This document shows positions 1 to 8,105 of a DNA stretch of 32,000 nucleotides, one piece after another. A program made the translations under genes and the position numbers. Numbering within the stretch: position 1 is the first letter of the stretch; every line of letters starts with the position of its first letter. This stretch comes from Candidatus Kuenenia stuttgartensis (GTDB lineage Bacteria; Planctomycetota; Brocadiia; Brocadiales; Brocadiaceae). The stretch lies in assembly GCF_900232105.1 (NCBI RefSeq), contig NZ_LT934425.1, positions 4,230,001 through 4,262,000 of the forward strand. Reading direction: 5' to 3'. The notes under the pieces are model-generated. The model saw only the letters and a list, made by a program, of their open reading frames with translations. It was not told where the DNA came from and made no database searches.

Positions 1-201
1 AGTCTTTTGAGAGTGGTAAGTATACCGCAGATGGAGACAGTACATCCCTATCTTGATTTTCATTGCATCAGAGAGCACGTTTCCGACAATTTCCCATGTC
101 TTTTTGTTTAAAGTAGTATAGCCAAACAAATATGATTTTAGAGATTTGGCGATAAAATGGCTTTCTAAAAAACAGATTTATTTGACTAGGCATATTATCA
201 A

Positions 202-274
202 ACACACCCCTAAATCCCCTCTTGATAGAGGGGACTTCTTATCTCCCCTCTAAAAAGAGGGGCCGGGGGTGTGT
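202..274. repeat. Compound palindromic element: a 9-bp outer inverted repeat ACACACCCC/GGGGTGTGT enclosing two CCCCTC-loop-GAGGGG hairpins
   Basis: Arms 202-210 and 266-274 are exact reverse complements. The inner hairpins are 215-234 (TCCCCTC/GAGGGGA) and 245-262 (CCCCTCT/AGAGGGG). The IS4-like reading frame loses homology and terminates inside the element. Confidence 0.6.
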
Positions 275-801
275 AAATTTTTCGAAAACCTTATTTGTTT
301 GACTATATAATCATCTTTTTTCATCGGAAACTGCCGAAAAGATTCTCCTGTGCCTTCTCCTTCAGTTCCCGTAAGTTTAAAGAAATCGCAAGATAATGAA
401 GGAACCTCAATACTATAATGAATGCGCCAAAGACTTCCTGTTTTCCCAGGTTCCTTTACTGTTGTTGCATCAAATAAGCGAAGATGAAAATTATTCCGTT
501 TATTAATTTGGAGGCCACGCTCACGGAATAAAGATAAACATAATTTATATAGCCATTCTTTGCTCTTTTTTAATCGCTTTAATAAGGCAACATCGGATAA
601 ATCTGCTAAGTTAGCACGCTTGGCTCGAACTACTGTTTCACGCAATGAATAGCCACATCCTAAATGAATTAATAATGTTCGAAGAAGCTTTTCTTCAGAT
701 TTATCCTTGCGCAAGCCTTTTAAAGCATTTGTATCAACGGCTAAACTTTTCCAATCGTTTGGGAAGAAAGTTCTTAGAAGATCCCAATCTTCTCTCATCA
801 T
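250..801 (-). pseudogene. IS4-family DDE transposase, N-terminal ~175 aa only (truncated)
   Basis: The N-terminus ...ALKGLRKDKSEEKLLRTLLIHLGCGYSLRETVVRAKRANLADLSDVALLKRLKKS... resembles IS4-type transposases. The ORF ends just after ...KKDDYIV, where the catalytic DDE core should begin. Its tail (KQIRFSKNLHTPGPSF) is read from the palindromic element at 202-274. Confidence 0.6.
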
Positions 802-894
802 GGCTTTATCCTCCTATAGAGTGATTAGCGGGATAATTAATATAAAAATACCATGATGAATAAAATTTGTCAATAAAACAAGTTAGCGCTTATG

Positions 895-1082
895 CCCCCT
901 GCACCCCCGCCAGCGGGGGACATTGTTTGAACAACAGGGGCATTCCCGATTTTTGGTTAACTAATTGTACATTGTAACACAAGCATCCTGCTTGTGGCAT
1001 TTTACCCTCAAGCTGGAAGCTTGAGTTACTATTCTTTCCCTCCCCGCTAATGGCATTTTTACAAAAAATCGGGGATGCTCCC
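895..1082 (+). repeat. ~190-bp structured repeat, copy 1 (MITE-like, bounded by the GCATTCCCGATTTTT TIR)
   Basis: Nearly identical to 8106-8296 in the same orientation. TIR arms are at 940-956 and 1061-1078. The CCCCCGCCAGCGGGGG palindrome lies at 905-920, and there are internal hairpins (cacaagc/gcttgtg, ctcaagct/agcttgag). Track ORF 961-1194 is a spurious read-through. Confidence 0.8.
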
Positions 1083-1146
1083 GTTTTGTGAGAGGCTTGG
1101 GGGGTGAAACTCCCCCTTGCCTATTCGGTGCCTTTGTGTAAAAAAA

Positions 1147-1422
1147 GTAACACTTTAGTTTTTTGAAAAATTCCCGGTATAGAAAAAATACCATGTAGCC
1201 CCGTTAGGGGCGGTCTGTTTGTAGCACAATAAAATTCAATAGAGTAAATAGCTCCGTAGGAGCGGCCTGTCCATATTCAGGCAGACCTGTTTAATATGGA
1301 TTTACAAGAGACAGGTCGCTCCTAACGGAGCTAATATCTGTTATAATATCCTATTTTGCTACAAACAGGCTGCTCCTACGGAGCTTATAGGTAATACGTT
1401 TTTCAAAAGACTAAAATGTTAC
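1147..1422. repeat. 276-bp MITE-like element with a GTAACACTTTAGTTTTTTGAAAAA TIR and four nested hairpin modules
   Basis: The left TIR is at 1147-1170 and the right TIR (tttttcaaaagactaaaatgttac) at 1399-1422. Four copies of an AGCTCCGTAGGAGCRGCCTGT-type module lie near 1196 and 1250 (forward) and 1310 and 1360 (inverted), giving two concentric long hairpins. Confidence 0.8.
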
Positions 1423-1458
1423 TAAAAAAAAGATTTTCGGACTAAAATTCCTATACAT

Positions 1459-2418
1459 TTAAGGCATTTGTTTTGGGAAGTTCTGCCTGATTTCCTGTAA
1501 AATTTTATCACCGCCATTGTCCAGCATCCTTTGAGCAAGTTCGTTTCCAACCGCAGCCGCTTGATTAGCAGGTCCCTTGTGACTGTCCCGTATAGTACGT
1601 TCTCCGTCAAGCGTACAGATAACCGCTTCGAGGTGTACTTCATCATTAAGCACTTTTGCATGTGCTCCAATAGGTACCTGGCATCCACCCTGGAGTTTCG
1701 CCAATAAAGCACGTTCCGCCTCTACTGCAATCCTGGTGTGCAGATCATCCATTTTCGATAGTATTTTATTTATCCGTTCATCATCTTTGCGTATTTCTAT
1801 TCCGAGTGACCCTTGTCCTACGGCGGGTAACATAATTTCGAAAGGAATGATTTCGCTGATCTGTCCGGTATAGCCTATCCTTATCAAACCTGCATGGGCA
1901 ACGATAATACCATCTAAATCGTCAGCCTCGAGTTTTTTTAGACGGGTATCAAGATTGCCCCGAAGATCTACAATTTCAAAATCTGGCCTTAACGCAAGGA
2001 GTTGTGCCTTTCTGCGCAGGCTGCTGGTGCCGATACGCGCATTTCCAGGCAGTCTTTCAAGGGTGACGTTTTTCGCGCTTATGAGAACGTCGCTGGGATC
2101 AACCCGCTTTGGCATTGCACCGAGTGTTAATTTCTCAGACACCTCTGTAGGAATGTCTTTTGCGCTATGCACCGCAAGATCAATTTTCTCCTTAATCAAG
2201 GCAACTTCAAGTTCCTTGGTAAAAACGCCAACGCCTCCCAGACGTGACAACGGCACATCGGTAATCTTATCTCCGCTGGTAGATATTTTTTTTATTTCAA
2301 ATTCAACACCGGGGTTTAATTTCTTGAGCTCTGAAATAACCCAATTTGTCTGGGTCAATGCAAGCTTACTTCCCCGCGATCCAACGATAATAGGTTTTCC
2401 TTTTGGCAATGCAAACAC
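1459..2418 (-). CDS. hemC: Porphobilinogen deaminase (hydroxymethylbilane synthase)
   Basis: 319-aa ORF. The N-terminus IIVGSRGSKLALTQTNWV is followed by ...GDKI..PLSRLGGVGVFTKELE..L....DLAVHSAKD, ...IGTSSLRR.AQL, ...RGN.DTRL.KL, and the cofactor-binding region ERALLAKLQGGCQVPIGAHA. This is the typical HemC layout. Confidence 0.93.
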   Translation of the reverse strand: MFALPKGKPIIVGSRGSKLALTQTNWVISELKKLNPGVEFEIKKISTSGDKITDVPLSRLGGVGVFTKELEVALIKEKIDLAVHSAKDIPTEVSEKLTLGAMPKRVDPSDVLISAKNVTLERLPGNARIGTSSLRRKAQLLALRPDFEIVDLRGNLDTRLKKLEADDLDGIIVAHAGLIRIGYTGQISEIIPFEIMLPAVGQGSLGIEIRKDDERINKILSKMDDLHTRIAVEAERALLAKLQGGCQVPIGAHAKVLNDEVHLEAVICTLDGERTIRDSHKGPANQAAAVGNELAQRMLDNGGDKILQEIRQNFPKQMP

Positions 2419-2527
2419 GCTCCATTTAAAAGGTTAAATAGTAATAACATGCACATGTATTTTTAACTTTATTTAGTGTTCCGATAATAGCATAATATAG
2501 TGTATGAGTCAAACTCCTTTGTTAACG

Positions 2528-2656
2528 GTAGGGGCGAAGCATTTGTCCGCTTTGAGTATGAACGCGTTTATGTCAATTTGTAGCAAATGCTTCGCCCCTA
2601 CACTATGCGGCAAAACAGCTCCATTATTGGAATTTTTCAAAAAACTAAATTGTTAC
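2528..2656. repeat. REP-hairpin plus TIR element (GTAGGGGCGAAGCATTTG family), copy 1
   Basis: The hairpin arms at 2528-2545 and 2584-2601 are exact complements. A spacer follows, then tttttcaaaaaactaaattgttac at 2633-2656. The element is collinear with the reverse complement of 30852-31002. Track ORF 2504-2743 is spurious. Confidence 0.75.
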
Positions 2657-2708
2657 CGGGAAATGATAAAGTCAGTCGTCTTTTCATTTTCGATAAAGGA
2701 AGGAATTT

Positions 2709-4538
2709 ATGAAAACCAGCATATTCAAAAGAATTCTTTATAGTTTGTTATTATGTATCGTTATTCAAAAGGTTTCGTTTGCAGACGCTCTTCCCTTCAG
2801 AGTATATGTGGAGGACGTACCGGGTGAGGTTTTCGTTGGAGATCAAATCCCCATAACTCTAATCATTGCCATTGATACTGGCCATTACATTTACAAGGAT
2901 CAGGTAAAAATGGTAAGCAGCGAACCGTATCTCTATGAGGTTTTCTTTACAAAACTTCCTGAAGGAAAAACAAAAATAGATCCCTTTCTGGAGAAAGAGG
3001 TAAGTTTTTACGAAGGACAGGTCGCGATAGCTGCGTATGTACAATTGACGGATAATGTGCCTGAAGGCCCTTATACGATTCGCCTGAAGGTAAACTATCA
3101 GGGGTGTTCGGAGACAATTTGTTTCGCCCCAAAGACAGAGGAATTACTCTTGCCGTTAAAAATCAATTCCTCTCAGAACATGACATTCACGGGGAAAACC
3201 GAAGATGTTTCGCGTGTATTGCAAAAAGAGGAAGTAACGTCGGATGTGAGCGATATACAGAAAACCATCGAGGATAAGGGGCTTATTTTATCATTTATTT
3301 TTATTTTCCTGGCAGGAATAGGCTTAAGCTTTACCCCATGTGTATATCCAATGATTCCCATTACCGTGGCGGTAATTGGCGGACAGGCTTCCGGCGAGCA
3401 GCAGGGAAGAAGAAATTCCCTGAGGGCATTCCTACTGTCATTGATTTATGTGCTGGGCATTTCCATTGTATATGCTGCGTTGGGAGTAACGGCAGCATCA
3501 ACCGGCGCACTGTTCGGCGCCGCATTACAAAGCCCGTGGGTTATTGGTTTTGTTGTGGCGGTATTTGTAGCGCTCGCAATGAGTATGTTTGGATTTTACT
3601 ACTTGCGTGTCCCGTCTTTTATTTCAGACAGGCTTGGCGGTAAAACAGGAAGGGGCGTTGCCGGTGTTTTTGTCATGGGTTTGATTTCAGGGATTATCGC
3701 TTCGCCGTGTATAGGCCCTATTCTTGCAAGTTTACTGGTATATATTGCGAGTACGGGAAATATCTTTTTAGGTTTCTGGATGCTGTTTGTCTTTGCGTGG
3801 GGATTGGGCGTTCTCCTTATCGTGCTGGGGACTTTTTCAGGCGCAGTAAAGGCGCTTCCCAGGTCCGGCGCGTGGATGGAAACCGTTGAGCGGATATTCG
3901 GTTTTCTTTTGATAGGAGCTGCTTTTTATTACCTGCGGCTCATTATTCCCGAAGGCGCTTTTATTACTTTACTCGGCATTTTCCTGATTGTTGTCTCGGT
4001 TTTTTCGGGGGGTTTTGATAAATTAACATTTGACAGCTCTCGTTTTCAGCGTACCAGGAAATCATTTGGTCTGTTAGCATTTATCTTCGGAGTATATTTT
4101 TTACTTGGATATATGGTAAACAAAGGATTCATTTTACCGCCGCTATTCACTGATACAAATACCAGAATTGGCAGTGTGAACAACGCGGAAATACATTGGA
4201 TTACAAATGAAAAAGAGGGTTTGGAAATAGCAAAAAAGGAAGGGAAGACGGCAATAATTGATTTCTGGGCGTCGTGGTGTTCTGCCTGCATGGAATTAGA
4301 AAAAATCACGTATGTTGATCCGCAGGTAATAGAGGAGTCGAAGAAATTTGTCAATATTAAGATAGATGCTACAAACGCAGAAGATCCGGAAATAAAAAAA
4401 CTTTGGAAAAAATACAAGGTTGTCGGTTTGCCAACGATAGTGTTCGTTAATAAGGACGGCGTAGTCCTGAAGGACAAAACAATAACGGGTTTTGTCGATG
4501 CAAAAAAATATTTGCAAGCGCTAAAAAGTGTGGAATAG
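2709..4538 (+). CDS. dsbD: Thiol:disulfide interchange protein DsbD-type (N-terminal Ig-like domain, membrane CcdA-like core, C-terminal thioredoxin)
   Basis: 609 aa. A signal peptide is followed by an N-terminal domain with QGCSETICF. The multi-TM core carries TPCVYPMIP and SPCIGPIL, and the C-terminal thioredoxin fold carries DFWASWCSACMELE. Confidence 0.9.
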   Translation: MKTSIFKRILYSLLLCIVIQKVSFADALPFRVYVEDVPGEVFVGDQIPITLIIAIDTGHYIYKDQVKMVSSEPYLYEVFFTKLPEGKTKIDPFLEKEVSFYEGQVAIAAYVQLTDNVPEGPYTIRLKVNYQGCSETICFAPKTEELLLPLKINSSQNMTFTGKTEDVSRVLQKEEVTSDVSDIQKTIEDKGLILSFIFIFLAGIGLSFTPCVYPMIPITVAVIGGQASGEQQGRRNSLRAFLLSLIYVLGISIVYAALGVTAASTGALFGAALQSPWVIGFVVAVFVALAMSMFGFYYLRVPSFISDRLGGKTGRGVAGVFVMGLISGIIASPCIGPILASLLVYIASTGNIFLGFWMLFVFAWGLGVLLIVLGTFSGAVKALPRSGAWMETVERIFGFLLIGAAFYYLRLIIPEGAFITLLGIFLIVVSVFSGGFDKLTFDSSRFQRTRKSFGLLAFIFGVYFLLGYMVNKGFILPPLFTDTNTRIGSVNNAEIHWITNEKEGLEIAKKEGKTAIIDFWASWCSACMELEKITYVDPQVIEESKKFVNIKIDATNAEDPEIKKLWKKYKVVGLPTIVFVNKDGVVLKDKTITGFVDAKKYLQALKSVE

Positions 4539-4741
4539 CGCTAGTTGGCGAACGGATAGGTTTTATTTTGAAATTTTTTATAATCTTTGGCAAATAGTAT
4601 GCTTAATGTCCTCTCAAAATGTAATTTATTTAAAAACACGAACTCCGAAGTAGTATAAACGGGACAAACGGAAAAAACTGCACTGCAGAAACCAAACATT
4701 TTAGGCCAATATGAATACTGCTTTATAAACAGACTACTAAA

Positions 4742-5029
4742 ATGACACTGGCTGGAAATACTCTGATTTCTCGTGATAAGATGATACAATATTTATTAGT
4801 TCCGGGAAAACGAAATGATAAATCACAATGGTTATCCAGGGCAGGATACACTCTTTAAAACTGGTATTTGCTGAAAAATGGCTTGCATAATCAGATTTTA
4901 TCGCTTGATGCCATATCCATTGAAAATACACAATACGGTCAAATGTATAAAACCAAAGGCACATTAACCGGGCCGAATGGAAAAAATTTGACAGTACATA
5001 TAAATTATTTGAAGAAATTGTTTTATTAA
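4742..5029 (+). pseudogene. DUF6883-like gene with an in-frame TAA (decayed)
   Basis: The frame from the ATG at 4742 reads MTLAGNTLISRDKMIQYLLVPGKRNDKSQWLSRAGYTL, then TAA at 4856-4858, then NWYLLKNGLHNQILSLDAISIENTQYGQMYKTKGTLTGPNGKNLTVHI.. in the same frame. The pattern (..YLL....GK......GY..NW, YGQ.Y...G.L.GPNG) matches my recollection of DUF6883 proteins. Confidence 0.5.
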
Positions 5030-5243
5030 AAGATATCCCTGAAAAAAATTGCAGAAAGGCGACGTTGCTACTATTGTTGAGTATCACCCTGTTTCTAAGG
5101 GTGAAGATGGATATTCTTTAGAAGTATTTAATGCACCTGGAGACACCATAGCTGTGATAACGGTACCTGTGTCGGCAATTGAGCCTTTAGCAGAAAACGA
5201 GATTTTTAGTATTCGTACATTGGTGGTAGAAGGAAAAGATTAA
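5005..5243 (+). pseudogene. DUF4926-like gene split by a frameshift in an A7 run, with no intact start codon
   Basis: Frame 1 (5005-5049) reads LFEEIVLLKDIPEKN. The homology then continues in the -1 frame from 5049 as (L)QKGDVATIVEYHPVSKGEDGYSLEVFNAPGDTIAVITVPVSAIEPL. The join falls in the homopolymer A7 at 5042-5048, and one extra A would restore ..DIPEKKLQKGD... No ATG lies upstream in frame. Confidence 0.55.
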
Positions 5244-5310
5244 GAGACAGGGTAAATCTTCATAATTCGTAACACTTTCGTTTTATTTGAGTTTTATTGT
5301 TTTATAGGGT

Positions 5311-5512
5311 GCATTCCCGATTTTTTGTATATCTTCACACATTTTGTTTTTTTACAAAGAATTGTAATACTTTAGTCCTATGAAAAAAAACGCTCGTTCC
5401 CAAGCTCCGCAGACTGGGTCATAAATGTTTTTTATTTGACTCAGTCTGGGAGCTTGGGAACGAGCATTTTTGTTTTTCAAAAATCTAAACTGTTACAAAA
5501 AATCAGGAATGC
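5311..5512. repeat. Three-layer palindromic element (outer TIR, inner TIR, core hairpin)
   Basis: The outer TIR is GCATTCCCGATTTTTTGT at 5311-5328 and 5495-5512. The inner TIR is gtaatactttag..gaaaaaaaa at 5364-5390 and tttttcaaaaatctaaactgttac at 5473-5496. The core hairpin arms are 5391-5420 and 5438-5465. Confidence 0.8.
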
Positions 5513-5597
5513 TCCCCCGTTTTATATCTGCGAACTGCGCAACACTTTTTTATTGATGTCTCCTTACGACAAATTCTGCGACATCCGTGGAATAGCT

Positions 5598-7163
5598 TTA
5601 GTTAACCTTCACGGTCATTGATTTCTTCAAACAACCTACCTTAAATTTGACCTTTGCAGTTCCTTTCTTTTTCATTGCGGTTATGGTAAATGCCGCCTGA
5701 CCATTGAAGTCTGTGATACCACTGGACGGTGAAACCGATACCTGCTTCCTGCCCGCCTTATTTACTGTTACATTTATTGTCTCGCCTTCGGACGGAGAAT
5801 CGTATTCGCCTGTTATCGTTACCGTCACTTCACTACCTTCCTGCCTGGCAAGTGTCAATTCTTTAGGAGATATTGTTATCGACCCCAGGCATTTCGAATC
5901 CCGAAATTGAGAAACCGTTAGTTTGACTTTGTTTATCGAACGGGCATTATTGGCATTATCAGTGCCGGTAGCAAATCCTTCATAGGATACATCCGGATTC
6001 GAAAAATAGTTGACCCTCGTGCCATTGCACGTAGCCATGACAGACCTATAAGGATAAAAGCAATAGCCGTATGAATATTCAAATACACCCGTAGCCGAGT
6101 ATGCGTCATCATGTCCGCACCCCATATTGTGTCCCATTTCATGGGCCAGGGTTTGGTCTGAACAATACGAATACGAATACCAAGAACCACTGCCAGAACT
6201 AATTTCGCCTACCTGTACCACTGAAAATGCCCAATTTTCAAACGAGCTACTCAGTGACGTCATTTGCCATGCTCTGCCACAAACATCGTTACCGGACGTG
6301 TAAACCCTCAACAAAACAACAAGATCAGCGCCCAAACGATTGCGCAGGTCCGCCACGTCTGAAAAAACGCCACTCCCGTACGTTAAATCACTGAGGGCGT
6401 CCGCCGTTGTTCCGCTGTCTTCATAATCAACCTCCTCTATTCCGACAACCCGTGCAGTAAGGCCAATTTCGCTGTTTACATAGGAAGCGTTTGCTACACC
6501 GGCCAGATAACTAATCTGGGCAATAAGCTCATCACCCGGATATGCCTCCGCAAAACCATTCGTATATAAAACAAGCACGTCAAAAACCGATCCGTCATCT
6601 CTTTTTTCGGAAGAAGAACTATCCTTGATCTCTTTGTCATTCAATTTATCATAATGCGGAATCGAGCCACCGTCGTCTATGGGAGCGGCTTTTTCCGGAT
6701 CGAGCTTAAAGACCCGGTGCGTGTTTGCGCCTCTGACAGGTACTATCTTGTAAACCTCGTCTTTCAGCTCAATCTGCCCAAAAAGGGCATCGCCGCAAAC
6801 CGACATAATGATCGATCCTTCCCGACCTTCAGGCTTTCCAATCCATGTCACGCTTTCCTTCAACCCCCGAAGAAATGCAGTGCGTCTGACAACAATGCTA
6901 TGTTCCAGAAAATCCATGCGCACCTTTTCATATGCTTCAATTTCTGATTTCAAAGGAATAAGGTTGATAATAACTTCCTGCTGACTGTCAGACATTGCAA
7001 CGCCAAATACTGCATCATCAGATGTTAAATTCCCGGACACGGCAGAGGTAAAGAGGGAAACAATTTCTTCATTGCCGGCATGCACATTTAGAGACATAGC
7101 CAACAGGAAAACAACATACCACAGCATTTTTAATTGCAAAATTGTATTTTTGGGTTTAGGCAT
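5598..7163 (-). CDS. Secreted zinc metalloprotease (metzincin/reprolysin-like) with a C-terminal Ig-like (Big) domain
   Basis: 521 aa. It has an N-terminal signal peptide (MLWYVVFLLAMSLNVHA), the extended zinc motif HEMGHNMGCGHDD (HExxHxxGxxH), and a C-terminal beta-rich ~90 aa (ITISPKELTLARQEGSEVTVTITG...) typical of bacterial Ig-like domains. Confidence 0.85.
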   Translation of the reverse strand: MPKPKNTILQLKMLWYVVFLLAMSLNVHAGNEEIVSLFTSAVSGNLTSDDAVFGVAMSDSQQEVIINLIPLKSEIEAYEKVRMDFLEHSIVVRRTAFLRGLKESVTWIGKPEGREGSIIMSVCGDALFGQIELKDEVYKIVPVRGANTHRVFKLDPEKAAPIDDGGSIPHYDKLNDKEIKDSSSSEKRDDGSVFDVLVLYTNGFAEAYPGDELIAQISYLAGVANASYVNSEIGLTARVVGIEEVDYEDSGTTADALSDLTYGSGVFSDVADLRNRLGADLVVLLRVYTSGNDVCGRAWQMTSLSSSFENWAFSVVQVGEISSGSGSWYSYSYCSDQTLAHEMGHNMGCGHDDAYSATGVFEYSYGYCFYPYRSVMATCNGTRVNYFSNPDVSYEGFATGTDNANNARSINKVKLTVSQFRDSKCLGSITISPKELTLARQEGSEVTVTITGEYDSPSEGETINVTVNKAGRKQVSVSPSSGITDFNGQAAFTITAMKKKGTAKVKFKVGCLKKSMTVKVN

Positions 7164-7194
7164 AACTCCATTTCCTTTTCAATCACATTGTATT

Positions 7195-7221
7195 GCAGAG
7201 CGAAGCGGCGCTTCGCTCTAC
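7195..7221. repeat. REP-type hairpin (GCAGAGCGAAGC-GGC-GCTTCGCTCTAC)
   Basis: A perfect 10-bp stem at 7197-7206 and 7210-7219 flanks the 3' side of the RAYT remnant. Confidence 0.7.
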
Positions 7222-7249
7222 ATGCTTTCCATTCTGCACCACATGCGCC

Positions 7250-7453
7250 TTATACCACATGTACGTACTGATCACAGCTTGAGACCAAGCCAGTCTTTAC
7301 AGGATTGTATAAAACATAACTTACAATCCGTTCCGGTTCCTTTCCATCACGCACAACATGGTCATAGCTTTCGTGCTGCCAGAAGGCGCCACTGCGGTTG
7401 AGGAGTTTGTTTGCTTCCCTTGCCATGTATGACTTTAATGATTGCAGAATTTT
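7250..7453 (-). pseudogene. REP-associated tyrosine transposase (RAYT, IS200/IS605-like Y1), C-terminal fragment
   Basis: The sequence KILQSLKSYMAREANKLLNRSGAFWQHESYDHVVRDGKEPERIVSYVLYNPVKTGLV matches the conserved C-terminal half of RAYT/Y1 transposases (WQ..YDH.IR....E......Y...NPV.AGLV). The HUH-containing N-terminal half is absent. Homology starts exactly at the REP hairpin at 7454-7480. Confidence 0.65.
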
Positions 7454-7480
7454 GTAGAGCGAAGTGCCACTTCGCTCTAC
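7454..7480. repeat. REP-type hairpin (GTAGAGCGAAGTGCCACTTCGCTCTAC)
   Basis: The stem GTAGAGCGAAGTG/CACTTCGCTCTAC abuts the 5' truncation point of the RAYT fragment. Confidence 0.7.
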
Positions 7481-7639
7481 AAAAAAATGTTGCCAAATGC
7501 CTGATTTACCGGTAAAGAATTTCAAATTGGTAGCGCGACCGTCTCGGTTGCGCAAAAAAGTTGGCCGAAGACCTTATTAAATGCCCAGAAATTTATTCAG
7601 CAGCCTTTCTTCTGTCGTTTTCGACCAGAATATACACTA

Positions 7640-7733
7640 AGACGTTGCCCTAAACGAAGTGCAAAAATGACTATTCCTAAAAATGGTTATTCATGATAAT
7701 TTGTCAATAATAAAGATTTGATTCCTCCATATA
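7640..7733. repeat. ~94-bp repeat family D, copy 1
   Basis: agacgttgccctaaacgaagtgcaaaaatgactattcctaaaaatggttattcatgataatttgtcaataataaagatttgattcctccatat aligns along its whole length with 10076-10168. The sub-motif catgatRa..atttgtcaataa also occurs at 852-876, upstream of the IS4-like ORF. Confidence 0.75.
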
Positions 7734-8105
7734 ATTCAACTCCTTTCCACTACCTATAATCACTAAACAAAATAGTGCCTGTCCCTATTTGCCCCTTAAC
7801 ATGAGCATTCCCGATTTTTTGTAACCGTTTGTGTGATTGGGGCAAAACAACGCTGCAAGGGATGTGGCAAGCCTGTCCCCCCGCTGGCGGGGGATTAAGG
7901 GGGTGGAATTGTATGCGGAGGAAATCTGGGAGGTTTATAACATGAATAGCCATAAATTTTTCTTCTCATTCCTACGTTCTGCGGGAATGCATGTCACGAA
8001 ACAGGATAAAATTGTCCATTTGACCAGTCTGCGGAGCGTGGGAAAGAGGGTCAAATTTATTTTCATAATAAAGGGGTAGTTGAATCGATGGAGAAATCCA
8101 GTCCA

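Noticed and set aside
1-177. Open frames running off the left edge: minus strand ..IAKSLKSYLFGYTTLNKKTWEIVGNVLSDAMKIKIGMYCLHLRYTYHSQKT, and plus strand ..VSIPQMETVHPYLDFHCIREHVSDNFPCLFV*
   Set aside because: Both strands are open over the same short stretch. I recognise neither translation, and neither continues the IS4 transposase. There is too little sequence to call.
176-315. Similar strings ttatttgactaggcatattatca (176-198) and ttatttgtttgactatataatcatc (291-315) flanking the palindrome, as a possible long target duplication
   Set aside because: The match is only approximate in AT-rich sequence. I cannot distinguish it from chance without an alignment to an uninterrupted copy.
961-1194. 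Track ORFs crossing repeat elements: 961-1194, 2504-2743, 7750-7953, 7837-8079, 7972-8211 and 5436-5621
   Set aside because: They are translations of palindromic repeat DNA, and the same pseudo-peptides recur wherever the repeat recurs. They have no independent coding evidence.
1955-2437. A 160-aa ORF antisense to hemC
   Set aside because: It is fully contained in the well-supported hemC frame on the opposite strand. The sequence is low-complexity and rich in Ser, Arg and Leu, typical of antisense shadows.
7486-7556. The hairpin gcgcgaccg-tctc-cggttgcgc as a terminator
   Set aside because: On the plus strand the U-tract is replaced by A's, and on the minus strand the T-run precedes the stem. 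It is more likely another repeat-type palindrome beside the RAYT remnant.
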